Made by a program: the position numbers and the translations under genes. Below the pieces are notes generated by a model. That model was not told the DNA's origin, did no database searches, and saw only the letters and a list, made by a program, of their open reading frames with translations. A stretch of DNA of 63,870 bases, counting the filler, from Lenisia limosa (taxonomy: Eukaryota > Protista > Breviatea), in NCBI GenBank assembly GCA_001655205.1. It is 13 parts of 13 records of this genome, joined end to end, with 100 filler letters (N's around TTAATTAATTAA, not from the genome) between each part and the next. Parts side by side here need not be neighbours in the genome. Positions count along the whole stretch, not along the records: positions 33,829 to 42,149 come from LPNZ01003407.1; positions 42,250 to 46,269 come from LPNZ01009771.1; positions 46,370 to 47,461 come from LPNZ01002529.1; positions 47,562 to 55,615 come from LPNZ01008755.1; 9 more parts are not named here. One strand, 5' to 3'. This document shows positions 39,709 through 51,400 of the stretch, piece by piece (the stretch's first letter is position 1; every line of letters begins with the position of its first letter).

Positions 39709-40777
39709 ATGGTTTTTATTATTCATATTTTTGTTTATTTGTACGCTGGAGTGATGGGATACGGTGCTGCAGAAGCGGCTGGCCTGGGCCCTGTTTGTTT
39801 GGTTGTTATCAACCTTTGTGTGTTGTCAGCTAACAGAGTTGATTTGGGCTTTTGGTTTAAATTTTCCCATTTTACTTCCCCCCCCTCCAGGTTCCGCTTA
39901 TGCTACATGTAGCAGTACTGGGCAGATGATTTCAGACTACTCTTGTTCACAAAGTGGGGGGAGGGGTCTAACTGAGTACGTAAAACCTTTATATTCCAGC
40001 CTATTTAGTGGCCCTTTATTTCAACACGTCTTACATAATGTTACTAATTTTATAACACGTTTCTACCTTTCTGTTTCTACACACTCCCCCACCCTTAGGC
40101 TAGAGTGATGCAACTGGTCTGGGCTTTTTTTGTTGTGTGTTTTCAGCCAACAGAGTTGATTTTGGGCTTTGTTTGTTTTTCTCAACCCCCGTGTGTTGTC
40201 AGCCAACAGAGTTGATTCGGGCATTTTTCTTTCAAAAATTTTCCAACCCCCCGTCCTCCTCACATTCCAGCCTTTATCAGCACGTGCGGTGCCGGCGGTT
40301 ACAACGGACTTGGCGCTGTGAGTGGGAGTACTTTGTTTTTTTGCACGTTTATTAATTAAAGAAAAGAGGAAACGAACTATCAAAAAAAAATTGGTGGAAT
40401 AATAATATCGAAGCAAAATTGAGAGACATAACCGTGAAATTACACCAACAGCAAACCTTTAATTGGGAGGGTTTGTTGTGAGATAAAATGTATATCATGA
40501 TCTTCTTCTTTTCTTTGTTTTTGCAACCCTCCCCTCCCACCATCACACTCCCTCTTTTGACCAACTAGCTGGCTTTTTCGGCTTTTCCGTGCATCGATAC
40601 CCCTTACCCCCTGTTATTGTTTTTGTTCCATAAATTTGCTAATTTTACCGCCCCCCCCCCAGGTAGGTGACACCACCAACTCCCTCCGGCCTGACCCGGC
40701 AAAGGACTTGAGCGCCTCCTGGGGGAGTGTCAAGCTGGTGGCTGCAGGGTACCAGTCGCTCTGTGCTGTCAGTGACG
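39709..40777 (+). CDS. RCC1/BLIP-II-like repeat protein, probably secreted; partial
   Basis: Spliced reading CSAYATCSSTGQMISDYSCSQ|TFISTCGAGGYNGLGA|VGDTTNSLRPDPAKDLSASWGSVKLVAAGYQSLCAVSDG resembles an RCC1 repeat (G.LG.GD.....P......V..VAAG..H/S). A hydrophobic leader lies upstream of 39741. Confidence 0.55.
39751..39890 (+). mobile_element. Family A copy forming nearly all of intron 39741-39890
   Basis: GTGATGGGATACGGTGCTGCAGAAGCGG...TTTTACTTCCCCCCCCTCCAG, followed directly by an exon. A second, internally duplicated copy lies at 40105-40250. Confidence 0.8.
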
Positions 40778-42249
40778 GTAATTTGGGCTTCTTTCGTGTG
40801 GTATTAGTATTCTGTGTTTTCTTGGTGTTTTACGGTGACTGGGATAAGTCTTGACCAAATTGCTCTATGATTTCCCCAAGGAAACCTTTTCTTTGTCAGT
40901 GTATCTATTTTATTTCGCTTCATGAAGCCTTTTTTATTATTTATGAAATTCCTTTTTGGAATAATCTTCGGGATAGTGGTTCCCTTCTTTTTATTGCGCT
41001 TTGGTGTAAAATCAAATATATCTGTTTTCTATTCATCTTCTTTGATCATCTTTTAATTGTTTTTTTTTTATCTGTTTGTGAACACCAACTGCACTGCAAG
41101 CAAGATTTCATCTTCGACAAATGACATTAAGGTAAATAATTCAGGTTACGCTGGTGGGGTGTGGGGGGGGGGCGTCAAGCTGTATATTTCAATACGGTCA
41201 GTTGTGGCGCTTCATGGTAGCAATTCTTCATTGTAGCACAAAGAACAGCATGATGCTGGTGGATTTGCGAGGTATATGAATAAGTATCATTAGACACCGA
41301 CACTAAAATTAGATCTCTTTCAATTGCACAAGTTTGACTGTAGGGGAAAGGAGCATTTAGCATCTCTACTAGCCTCTTCAAGAATTCAGAGCATGATTTG
41401 AGGCGTCTCCGTGGCAGTTCTGGCTTAGAAACTACACAATATTAATGAAATGAGGCCTCAAAGGGCCTTACACGCGACGTTACCTGTGCTGGCACCATAG
41501 AAAACATCAGGGTTTGAAAGTGACGCTGTGTCGGCAAGTGAAGCAGATTGGCACAAATGATTCTTGTACAAGAGACTGCGGCATTCTTGGTTAGTTTGCT
41601 GCCATGTAATTTTGCGTTCATCAAAAAATTAATGTCAGCTGCGGCATCAAGAAATTAATGTCAGCTGCGGCAAACTTTCAAAGGTTGCTCATTGGTGAAA
41701 TTGCGAGTTCAGACCAATCTACAAACAAAACTCCTTGAACAGGATCTTTCCAGTTATCCTGAATCTGTTATTGGTCATTATGTGGAATATTTCACGGCTT
41801 TGTCGTCTCTTTCCTTCAGTTTCTTTTTTATTTGGTTTCTTGATATCCCCTCATTTTGTTTAGTTGCTGTTATCTCACTTATTTAGACAACAAACTCAAG
41901 TGCATGGGCTATAACTCGCAGTTGCAGGTGGGTGGGCGTTATTAGTTCTTGCCTATTATCCGAGAAAAGCTTGTGATATATCATGTTATCCCGGAGTAAT
42001 ATTTTTATACTGTCCCTTTTTTTGGACCGGTTGGAAGCTGTAGGTATCACACAAACATCTCTTATATATAGCACTGTATTATGATATTTTATTAGCTCAT
42101 AATACAACTTAAAAGCTAGTCAGAAAACAACAGACAGTTGATAATAAGGNNNNNNNNNNNNNNNNNNNNNNNNNNNNNNNNNNNNNNNNNNNNTTAATTA
42201 ATTAANNNNNNNNNNNNNNNNNNNNNNNNNNNNNNNNNNNNNNNNNNNN

Positions 42250-45200
42250 AGGCCCTCAGCCATACCTTGGGTCAGGGTCAGGTAGCACTGGAAATGGTTA
42301 ATTTGATACAAAGGGGGAGACTAAGACACCTTCAATGAAAAATGTTAACCCATCTATGATCATATGGCCGACTTTTGAGTGGAAATGATGAAAGAAGATA
42401 ACACGAGGGTTCATCCCGAGTGAATCAGAGTATTATTGAGACTTGTCGGTCAAAGCATACGGGTGGATATGTTAGTAAATACTTGTGAAAAGGACCCAAT
42501 AAGTGACAGATGTAATAGACAGAAAGAAGGGGGTAATATGGGCAAGGGTGAATAAATACTAGCTAAAATGGGAAATTTGGGGACGTACAGTTTTTCCCTA
42601 CAATTAAAAGAACACAATATACCAAAAAAAAAAAAAAAAAAAAAAANNNNNNNNNNNNNNNNNNNNNNNNNNNNNNNNNNNNNNNNNNNNNNNNNNNNNN
42701 NNNNNNNNNNNNNNNNNNNNNNNNNNNNNNNCTTGTCAGTGAGAGGGGTGTGGACAAGTTTGGGAGGGTTGCCTTGGTATTCGTAGGTATAGGAAAACTC
42801 AGCATCATGCATTCTAATGACAATCTCCTTGCGGTTGTTGAGATAGTACTTCAGCTAAGCGGAGGTTAAACAAATTTGCCAAGTCCGTTCATTTGGAATT
42901 TCAAAAGGACATGTGAGATAAGTGGAGTACACTGTTTATGCCCCTAGAATTCCCTTATCTTGACCTCACACTTTATACTATCTTTCTCACCCTCTCCACC
43001 ATTCCTCAAAATATTTGTATGCCCCTACATCAGTCTCTACATATAGCAATGAGAAATAAAAAAAATAAAGATGTATCTGGCCGAAGTATATCATCAAATA
43101 CACCCCCTGCACCTGTCGTTTCCAGTGCCAGTGTTCAGCCGACGTCACGTTTTCCTTCACTAACAGCTCAGCAACGGAGAGTTGGTGGATCAAGTCCATG
43201 ACTAGGGATTTTACCTGGGAAGAATAAAAAATGGAGTGAAGGTAAGGAGAGGGTTAAAAACAACAAAACAAAGCTCAGAAAGGGTGGGGGGATCGGTTTT
43301 GGAATATTAATAAATAATAAAAAAAGAAGCCCAAAATCAATAATACCTTCAACTCCAGCACTGCATCTCCATGGGTGTCAAATTCCAGGGTGTATCTGCA
43401 ATGTAAATGTAAATTGATGAAAAAAAGGAAAATGTAGAAAAACAAATTAGTAGACAACCATGTATTTCTTTTAAAAAGCCCCCCCCCCCCCNNNNNNNNN
43501 NNNNNNNNNNNNNNNNNNNNNNNNNNNNNNNNNNNNNNNNNNNNNNNNNNNNNNNNNNNNNNNNNNNNNNNNNNNNNNNNNNNNNNNNNNNNNNNNNNNN
43601 NNNNNNNNNNNNNNNNNNNNNNNNNNNNNNNNNNNNNNNNNNNNNNNNNNNNNNNNNNNNNNNNNNNNNNNNNNNNNNNNNNNNNNNNNNNNNNNNNNNN
43701 NNNNNNNNNNNNNNNNNNNNNNNNNNNNNNNNNNNNNNNNNNNNNNNNNNNNNNNNNNNNNNNNNNNNNNAGTTTGTGAAGGATAATAATTACTTTGGTG
43801 TACATATAAAATGGAAAGACTAGAAGTGGTTGACGATACGGGGTAATTTTATGAAACAAAAAGCCCAAAATCAACTCTGTTGGCTGACAACACACGAGGT
43901 CGCTTCTGCAGCACCGTAAACCAAAAGAGGAGCCAAAGAAAAGAAAAGACAGTTTTAAAAAAGGCTACAGACAAAATTGTCCCCCCTAGGAGAGAGAGGA
44001 AGAAGAAAGAAGAATAAAAATAGAAAGAAAAAAATTATTTAGCAATGATAAATAAAAAAAAAAGATAATAATAATAAGAATACTAACACCCACTGATACT
44101 AACACCCCCACTGCGTCAATCTTGAAGTCCTTAACACAATGCACAACAAGAGCCTTGAGAGTGGTCACCATTTCCGTGCTCAGGTCTACTAGCCATTCGT
44201 CAACCTGGGTGGAGGTAAGATAAAATTCCCCTGTTAGTTAACTCGAATGTTATAGAGGACATGTGAAAACAGTGAATGTTCTCAGTTTGCTAACCTCATC
44301 CCTCCCAATGTAACGTCCCACTATATTCCCCCCAAACATCCTGGGAAACAGCCACGGGTGTGCGAAGTCGAACTGCTTCGCCAGCTTGACTCAGAATTCC
44401 CACAATATGCGAGTTGTCTTCGCTGAACTCCACTCGGTGGATGCCTTGGAACAACTTACGGAGATGCGTTTGGATAACCTGGGGGGAGGGGGGGTGAAAA
44501 GAGCAGGATCTTAGATAGGAAATATGTGGAGGACGTGTAAGAATGTTGGGGATGATGAAGAAAATTTGAAATTTAGAAAGAAAAAAAAAAAACCCAAAAT
44601 CAACTCTGTTAGCTTGTAAAATTGTAACAATTATGAAACAAAAGTGTGTGGGCGCGAGTTAACCCAAAAAGGGCTTCACTTCGGTATGAAAAAGACCGCG
44701 AAAATATCGGTAGTTTTCCAGTATTTATCGAGTTTTTTTCGAACCGAAGTGAAGCCTTAACCCTAAATTATATCATCTTACCACCTTACCTCGGGTGATT
44801 GCGCCTGGCCCAGAATTTCGAGTAAATCGTCATCTCCAAGGAAATAAAACCTGTGGGGTAAAATTGGAAAACTTATGAAACAAAAACAAGCCCAAAATCA
44901 ACTTTGTTGGCTGACAACAGTAAAACGAAAGGAGAGGTTTTCATGTGAAACTTCTTCCTCCTCCCCTCCTCCATGAAAGTATCTTGATTTATGTATTAAT
45001 GTGCATTACGAATGACCGACCTTGGAAACTTCTTCCTCTTGTCCTCAAGGAAGGCGTTTAGGGCTCTTTGACAGCGGTCTAATTGCTCTGCAAGCTCGGC
45101 AAGAATCTCGGTTAGGCCCTAATATGGGTGAAATACTCGGTGAAGCCTAGAATTTTGGTAAAATACTCGGTTAGGAGCAGGAAATTGGTGAACTATTGGA

Positions 45201-46079
45201 CGTTATACATATAAGGAGAGAGTCTCGATCAGGCCCTAGTATGATTATTTTAGAATTATTATAGTGCAACTTAGGGTTATTGTGAAACATGAACAAATTT
45301 AAGGGAAATTTTGGAGACGTTCTAAATCATTTTACCCCCCCCCCCCCNNNNNNNNNNNNNNNNNNNNNNNNNNNNNNNNNNNNNNNNNNNNNNNNNNNNN
45401 NNNNNNNNNNNNNNNNNNNNNNNNNNNNNNNNNNNNNNNNNNNNNNNNNNNNNNNNNNNNNNNNNNNNNNNNNNNNNNNNNNNNNNNNNNNNNNNNNNNN
45501 NNNNNNNNNNNNNNNNNNNNNNNNNNNNNNNNNNNNNNNNNNNNNNNNNNNNNNNNNNNNNNNNNNNNNNNNNNACTCTGAGGGGATGGAGGGATTGATG
45601 TGACAAAAAAGTCCAAATTGTTGGAGAACCTGGGTTTAAACGAACTCGATGAAGAATATTGGCGTAAAGGTACTAACTTATCACGCCAAACAAACATCTA
45701 TGAATGAAACGTCCTTCAATTCCCCCCTCCTTAACTTACCTGGGTTGTTCACTCGGCAGTGCACCTCTGTTGAAGATTGGCGATAAGTACACCCTAGATT
45801 GTGAAAACAAAAAAGTAAAGAAACACATTAAAACACACCAAATATACACAAAACACATCCACCCACTCCCTCCCACCATTATTAACCCTGCTTTACCCTA
45901 TTTCGACACACACACTCTCTCTGTCACACACACAAACAGACATATCATCATCAACGACCCCAATCAACTCACCATTTCCGCTGCACCACATTAAGAGTGG
46001 CGAGAAGACTGTCAACAAGACTCAATTTGGCCTCCCAGGAAGAGGCCTCATCTTCGAAGTGTTCGTAGAAAGGCGAATC
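42250..46079 (-). CDS. DYNC2H1: Cytoplasmic dynein-2 (IFT dynein, DHC1b) heavy chain, internal fragment from the linker region to just before the AAA1 P-loop
   Basis: Exons in correct order: DSPFYEHFEDEASSWEAKL..VQRKW|VYLSPIFNRGALPSEQPR, LDRCQRALNAFLEDKRKKFPR|FYFLGDDDLLEILGQ, VIQTHLRKLFQGIHRVEF, VDEWLVDLSTEMVTTLK, MDLIHQLSV..HWHWKRQ|LKYY, MHDAEFSYTYEYQGNPPKLVHTPLTDK..CYLTLTQGM. The YTYEYQGN..KLV.TPLTDKCYLTLTQ signature is typical of dynein-2 rather than dynein-1 or axonemal dyneins. Confidence 0.92.
44669..44759. mobile_element. Family C MITE in a dynein intron
   Basis: AGGGCTTCACTTCGGTATGAAAAAGAC...TTTTCGAACCGAAGTGAAGCCTTA; flanks AACCCAAA / ACCCTAAA (6/8). Confidence 0.8.
44851..44918 (-). 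mobile_element. Family A 3' half supplying the acceptor of a dynein exon
   Basis: ...GTTGATTTTGGGCTTGTTTTTGTTTCATAAGTTTTCCAATTTTACCCCACAG|GTTTTATTTC (R|FYFLGDDDLL). Other minus copies in the dynein gene: 43840-43916, 44591-44645, 46172-46269. Confidence 0.8.
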
Positions 46080-46417
46080 CTGAGATATTATAATTAGCTT
46101 TTGATTCAAGAGAATCGGTTCGGTTCGGGACAGAGGGAAGCGCCAGATACACTTGAGGTGTGGGGGGTTGATTTGGGGGGATGGTTAAATTGGAAAATTT
46201 ATGAAACAGATAAGCCCAAATCAACTCAGTTGACTGACAACATGCGAGGGTTGGGAACAACAAAACAAANNNNNNNNNNNNNNNNNNNNNNNNNNNNNNN
46301 NNNNNNNNNNNNNTTAATTAATTAANNNNNNNNNNNNNNNNNNNNNNNNNNNNNNNNNNNNNNNNNNNNAGGGTGGGTGCTGTGTTTAAGGTACTAAGGG
46401 GGTGGGGTGTGCATGTG

Positions 46418-46492
46418 CAGTGACCGGGATAAGTCTTGACCGATTTTTATTGGGAAATCACTGAGCAAATCGGTCAAGACTTTCTGTCACTG
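46418..46492. mobile_element. Family B MITE
   Basis: CAGTGACCGGGATAAGTCTTGACCGATTT...AAATCGGTCAAGACTTTCTGTCACTG. Confidence 0.75.
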
Positions 46493-46739
46493 AATATCAC
46501 CATTTCATTTTACACTACCCTCTTATTCTGTTTTGTCGCTTATTCTATTTCTCTCTCACCAAATTCCTTTTCTCTCTCCTCCCCTCCAGCTCCACTATGA
46601 ACAATTTCTTTTACTCCCGCCCCTGAGGGCAAGTAGTTATCCTTGATTTTGGTTTTTATCATTTTGATTTTTGATAAATATTACCTTTTCAAGATTTAAT
46701 AATTTGATTTTCATATTACAAATAAATTTTCTTAGCACC

Positions 46740-47376
46740 CATTCTATGTTTCTCTACCAAATTTGTTTAACCCCCCTCCCCGATGGGATGCGATGCTGCA
46801 AAAGCGACTGACCTGGGCTTTGTTTGTTTTGTTGTTTTCAACCCTCGTGTGCTTGGGCTTTTNNNNNNNNNNNNNNNNNNNNNNNNNNNNNNNNNNNNNN
46901 NNNNNNNNNNNNNNNNNNNNNNNNNNNNNNNCTGTTAGTAGGGGTTCCCTACAATCCGAAAAAGATCGGTAAAATATTGATATTCTTTGAGGACTTATCG
47001 AAAAATTCAGTCTTTTTTTACGTCCTGCTGCCATTCCCCCCTGTTTGACTGAGTCTTTTTAGCTCTCCAATGTATTCATCACCTCCAACCCCGAGCTACT
47101 CCAACCCCCGCTTGAAGGACCTCTCTGCTGTCTTGTGGGGGGTGTAATAGTGAATAGTGTCTGTCTATATTATTATCCAATATTCCGTAAAGCGTGTGTT
47201 TTTTTGATGAAACTGCACCAATATATATTGAACTTTATCCCAAAACCCACATTCTGACGCATCTTTTCCCCTTTCAACACCTCACATTTTGAAGGATACG
47301 TCCGTTTTCCCTGCACAACCGGAGGACTTTATTGCCACCTACAAGGCCAATTCGAAGAGGCAATACGCCACCCCTG
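46740..47376 (+). CDS. Uncharacterised gene fragment
   Basis: Plus exons YSSPPTPSYSNPRLKDLSAVL (donor GTGGGG ~47133) and DTSVFPAQPEDFIATYKANSKRQYATP (donor GTAAGG). Confidence 0.35.
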
Positions 47377-47561
47377 TAAGGGGGATGTTTTGTTTATTTA
47401 TGTTGTGTTTGCTGTGGTTTCATAAATCTGTTTTTTTTTTTTTCGTGTGGGTGTGTTTTTGNNNNNNNNNNNNNNNNNNNNNNNNNNNNNNNNNNNNNNN
47501 NNNNNTTAATTAATTAANNNNNNNNNNNNNNNNNNNNNNNNNNNNNNNNNNNNNNNNNNNN

Positions 47562-48181
47562 TAGGCGGTTGCCAGAATGTGTTTCTGTTGACAATAAGCA
47601 AATAGAGAAGGAAAGGAGTAGTGCCACACTAGTTTGTGTTCTATGAATCATGTTACCACCTACCATTATAAACAGCTTGAGCGTCACCTGACACATGAAT
47701 CACTCCATTGCCTTGCCAAGTGAGCACAAATGTACCGCCTGTGTATTGCCCGCCAAGTCCACTAAAGGCTTCCGTGACAGCTGTACATCCATTCTAATCA
47801 AGTCATAAAATTCATAGACTGGATAAAAAGCCCCTAACCCAACAGTTAATTCAGTGGGATAACCAGCTTGATTTGTAACAATCACATTGTTGCTGTAGTG
47901 ATATGAGGAGTCAACATCACGGTAGGTTCGGCAGACAAACGGCTCAGATACGGAAAGAAGGTTCGTGAACAAAATAGTCTAAAATGGTATTATTACCTCA
48001 TATATATTGAATTCCTGAGTAGGCTTTACGAATGAATGACACATACCTCCTCGTGTTCAAAACTGGGAGGCGCAATTGATGATCCGACTGGGAAACGAGA
48101 TTCTTCTTGCTTATAAAGAGGCCATTCTAACCCGGAAACCGTAAGAGCAGCCAATAGAAGGCAAAATAGTGCCGTCTTCAT
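47562..48181 (-). CDS. Secreted protein of unknown function, 3' end cut by spacer
   Basis: ATG 48181: MKTALFCLLLAALTVSG (signal-peptide-like) LEWPLYKQEESRFP..., an 18-nt micro-exon 47997-48014 (EFNIYE), then TILFTNLLSVSEPFVCRTYRDVDSSYHYSNNVIVTNQAGYPTELTVGLGAFYP...; GT-AG introns keep frame. Confidence 0.6.
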
Positions 48182-48461
48182 ACTACTGATGCATTAGGAC
48201 TCACTAAACCTAACAAGAAGAGTTGATTGATCGATTGTTGATGTGTTGCTTGTTGTGCAAGTTGTGTTTTGTTGGTTGTTTCGGGTTTTCCCCCCAAAAA
48301 CTAAAATAAAAAAATAATCATGGGGGATCGTGGTGATGTGACTGCTTTTATGGTTTCGCCGCTGGCAAAAAAAAATAATCAAAAGGAGGTGAAGAAAGAA
48401 AGTTTTTATTTAATCAGTGCTATTTCTTTCATTTAGGTAGTTTTTTTTCGGAAGAATAGAA

Positions 48462-51400
48462 ATGGTTTGGAAGGCTAAGGCACTCTTCGACTACGAAGCT
48501 GCTGATACTGATGAACTATCATTTAAAGAAGGCGAACTCATAACTATCACGGAAAAATCTGATACGTGGTGGACAGGTAAAGCCTATCTCTTATTAGAGG
48601 GCGGTTATCATCTATTTAGGCGAATTAAATGGGAAATCTGGATCACTGCCGTCTAACTTTGTTGAATTGGTTGAAGGTAAGTGTTCCCCAATTGTTTTTC
48701 TATCATTTATTGAGCAATTTGCTATTTAGCACCTTTCGTTTGCCTGATTATGTTTACTGTATTTATAGATGAACCAGAGCCTGTCAAACTGGTCACCCCC
48801 AAGCCTGCACCTCAGGTTCGCAATCTTTCTTGCATTCTGGTTGTTGCCTGTTTTAAGCAATTGATTTGACTCTTCTTATTATTTCACCCAATCGCTTTGA
48901 CTAAATTACTACATGCGCAGCATCTGTCTACCTATTTATGAAATCAAAAGCCTTGTTATTTTTAGTGTTATTTTGATACTGACTGTGCAGGGAGCAGGAG
49001 TTGGCGTTGATGATGAACTTGCTGCACGCTTAAAGAAAAGACAATCTGTAGGTACAAGTCTTCATTGTGAAGTTCTGCTTGTTTTGCGGTTTCCCATTTC
49101 GAGAACACTGCCAAGTTTATAACATAGAACATGGGAGGAGCGCCAGTACACCTTGAAAAAAAGGCTGAAGAACCCAAGGATGATATCCCTCCCTGGAAGG
49201 TGATTTGAGGCAATACTACTACTGGAACAGTCATGTTCGAGTGCATTTACAGTACATAATCTTTACTTCTTTTGAATTAACCAAATAAAACATGTAGCGC
49301 GAACAAATGTTGAGAAAGCAGAACCGTAACTCCTCGGGCAGCTCACCCACTGTTGCTGCTGCTCCAGCACCCCAGAAAGAGGACGAATTACAAGTATTTT
49401 GGGGGTTTTGAAAGTCGGTGTTATGTCTTTCGATGCATATTTTTTATTGTTGACATTTCGTTCTTTTCAGAAATGTCACTTTCCCCTCCTTACCCAGGCC
49501 CGCTTACGTAGACGTGCAGCTATGAATGAAGGAGGAACCCCAACTAGTGCCGCTCCTACTCCTGCACAACAACCTGGTAAGAACAGTTCTCTGAAGAAGA
49601 AAAAGCAGTTTATTCTGGTGGAATGCAAATAACCGCCTAGCTTCTGCTGCTGCCCCCCGAGGAAAAGTTGCTGGACGTATGCCCGTTCAGTCCATGTATG
49701 CGTCTTCTGCTTCTTCTGGTATGATGGCTTTGAGGTTATTGCTCTGACCGTGTCATTTTCTGTTGACACCCCCTCCCAGGCTCTTCAGCCCCTGCTTCAG
49801 GCCCTCGCCCTGGTAAAATCAACTTTGCCCAGTTTGAGAAAAAAGAAGAAAAGCCTGAGAGAGCAGGCCCCACACGTGGTGGCGGAAACGTCAAGAAGCT
49901 CCAAGGCAACCTCAATATCCCAATGGGAATGTTTGGTGGTGGTGCGCCACCCGGCATGAGACCTCCTGGTTTGCAAAATATTTTTTGGAGCAATGAAGCA
50001 TGAAAGTGACTAATTGTTCAGGTGGGGCCGCTCCTGGTGCACCTGCTGCTGCAGGTGGTGCTGAAACTGAAGAGGTTGGATCACTTCCTTCTCTTGCTAT
50101 GTTTTTTTATTTACTTATTTTTTTATCGTGGTACAACTTTTTATACTCATTTTTTCCCCACGCTCCCAACTAGCCCTTTTCCCCCTCATATATCAAGGGT
50201 GCTCCTAAAGCTGCCTCTGAACCTCCCAAGTACCGTGTGACCACTACCTACACTGCCGAAGATGAAGGCGAGATTAGTCTTGAGGAGGGCACTGAAGTTG
50301 TCGTTGAGGACAAATCTGAGGACTGGTGGACCGTAAAGCATGGTTGGTAACGTTGAATTTATTGTTTTTTTTCTTGGTCAAATCAATCCAGCTTCCCTTC
50401 ACTCCTCGCATTCACTCTGTACAGGGGAAGAAACAGGAAAGTTCCCCTCGAATCACCTCGAAGAAATCAAGGTAAATCTATTTTGTTTTATTTGGTACCT
50501 ATTCACGATTCTCATCTTTGGTATTAGCTCTTTTTATCTCACTTTGAAGGCTGCCGGATTTTGCGATGACCAAGTCTCCCAAAAACCCCGTTTAGCTGCA
50601 GTAAGAAATCTGAATCCCCTTTCTTTATATTATATTTTAGGTCAAAAAGCCCGGACCAGCCCGTAACCGCCGTCCACCTGCCAAGAAAACCAGGGTTCGC
50701 ATGGCTAAGCAAGTATCCTTTTTTTTTTTGAAGAATCTCCCACCTTTTTTCGCTTCTATCTATGTAATTATATATCATNNNNNNNNNNNNNNNNNNNNNN
50801 NNNNNNNNNNNNNNNNNNNNNNNNNNNNNNNNNNNNNNNNNNNNNNNNNNNNNNNNNNNNNNNNNNNNNNNNNNNNNNNNNNNNNNNNNNNNNNNNNNNN
50901 NNNNNNNNNNNNNNNNNNNNNNGTAACAAGTAACACTTGAACATTTCTTGTGTAACTTTCAGTCATCTGTTGTCTTACCAACCAGCAAGCCAAGCGTCGC
51001 AGCGACACCTGAACCCGAGCCCGCTAAAACCGTTACCAAGCCTGTTCAGCACGCCAAGCCATCTCAACAGTCTCACAAGCCAGTTCAGCAGTCTGCCCCA
51101 TCAACTAAACCCGCGACTACCCTCAAGCCAAGCCAACCAACTTCCTCTCCCAAACCTGCTGTGGCAGCTGCACCTGCTGTCTCTTCTACCACTCAAGGTG
51201 TGTATTATTATCATGATCTCAGAGCATATTGAATGATATCATATGATATAGAAATATTTACACACAGCATACTATTCTAAGTACTATGTGCAGATTAAAT
51301 ATGATAGACTTTCACAATACTAGATACCAAGCAAGCAGGAAAGCACAAGGCTAAGGTTGACGCTGCGTTTGAGTCTGCTAAATCAGTTAATAAACTGGTG

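Noticed and set aside
41170-42110. Open frames on both strands between the RCC1-like gene and the dynein segment
   Set aside because: Probably coding, but strand and frame could not be resolved and no domain was recognised; not dynein.
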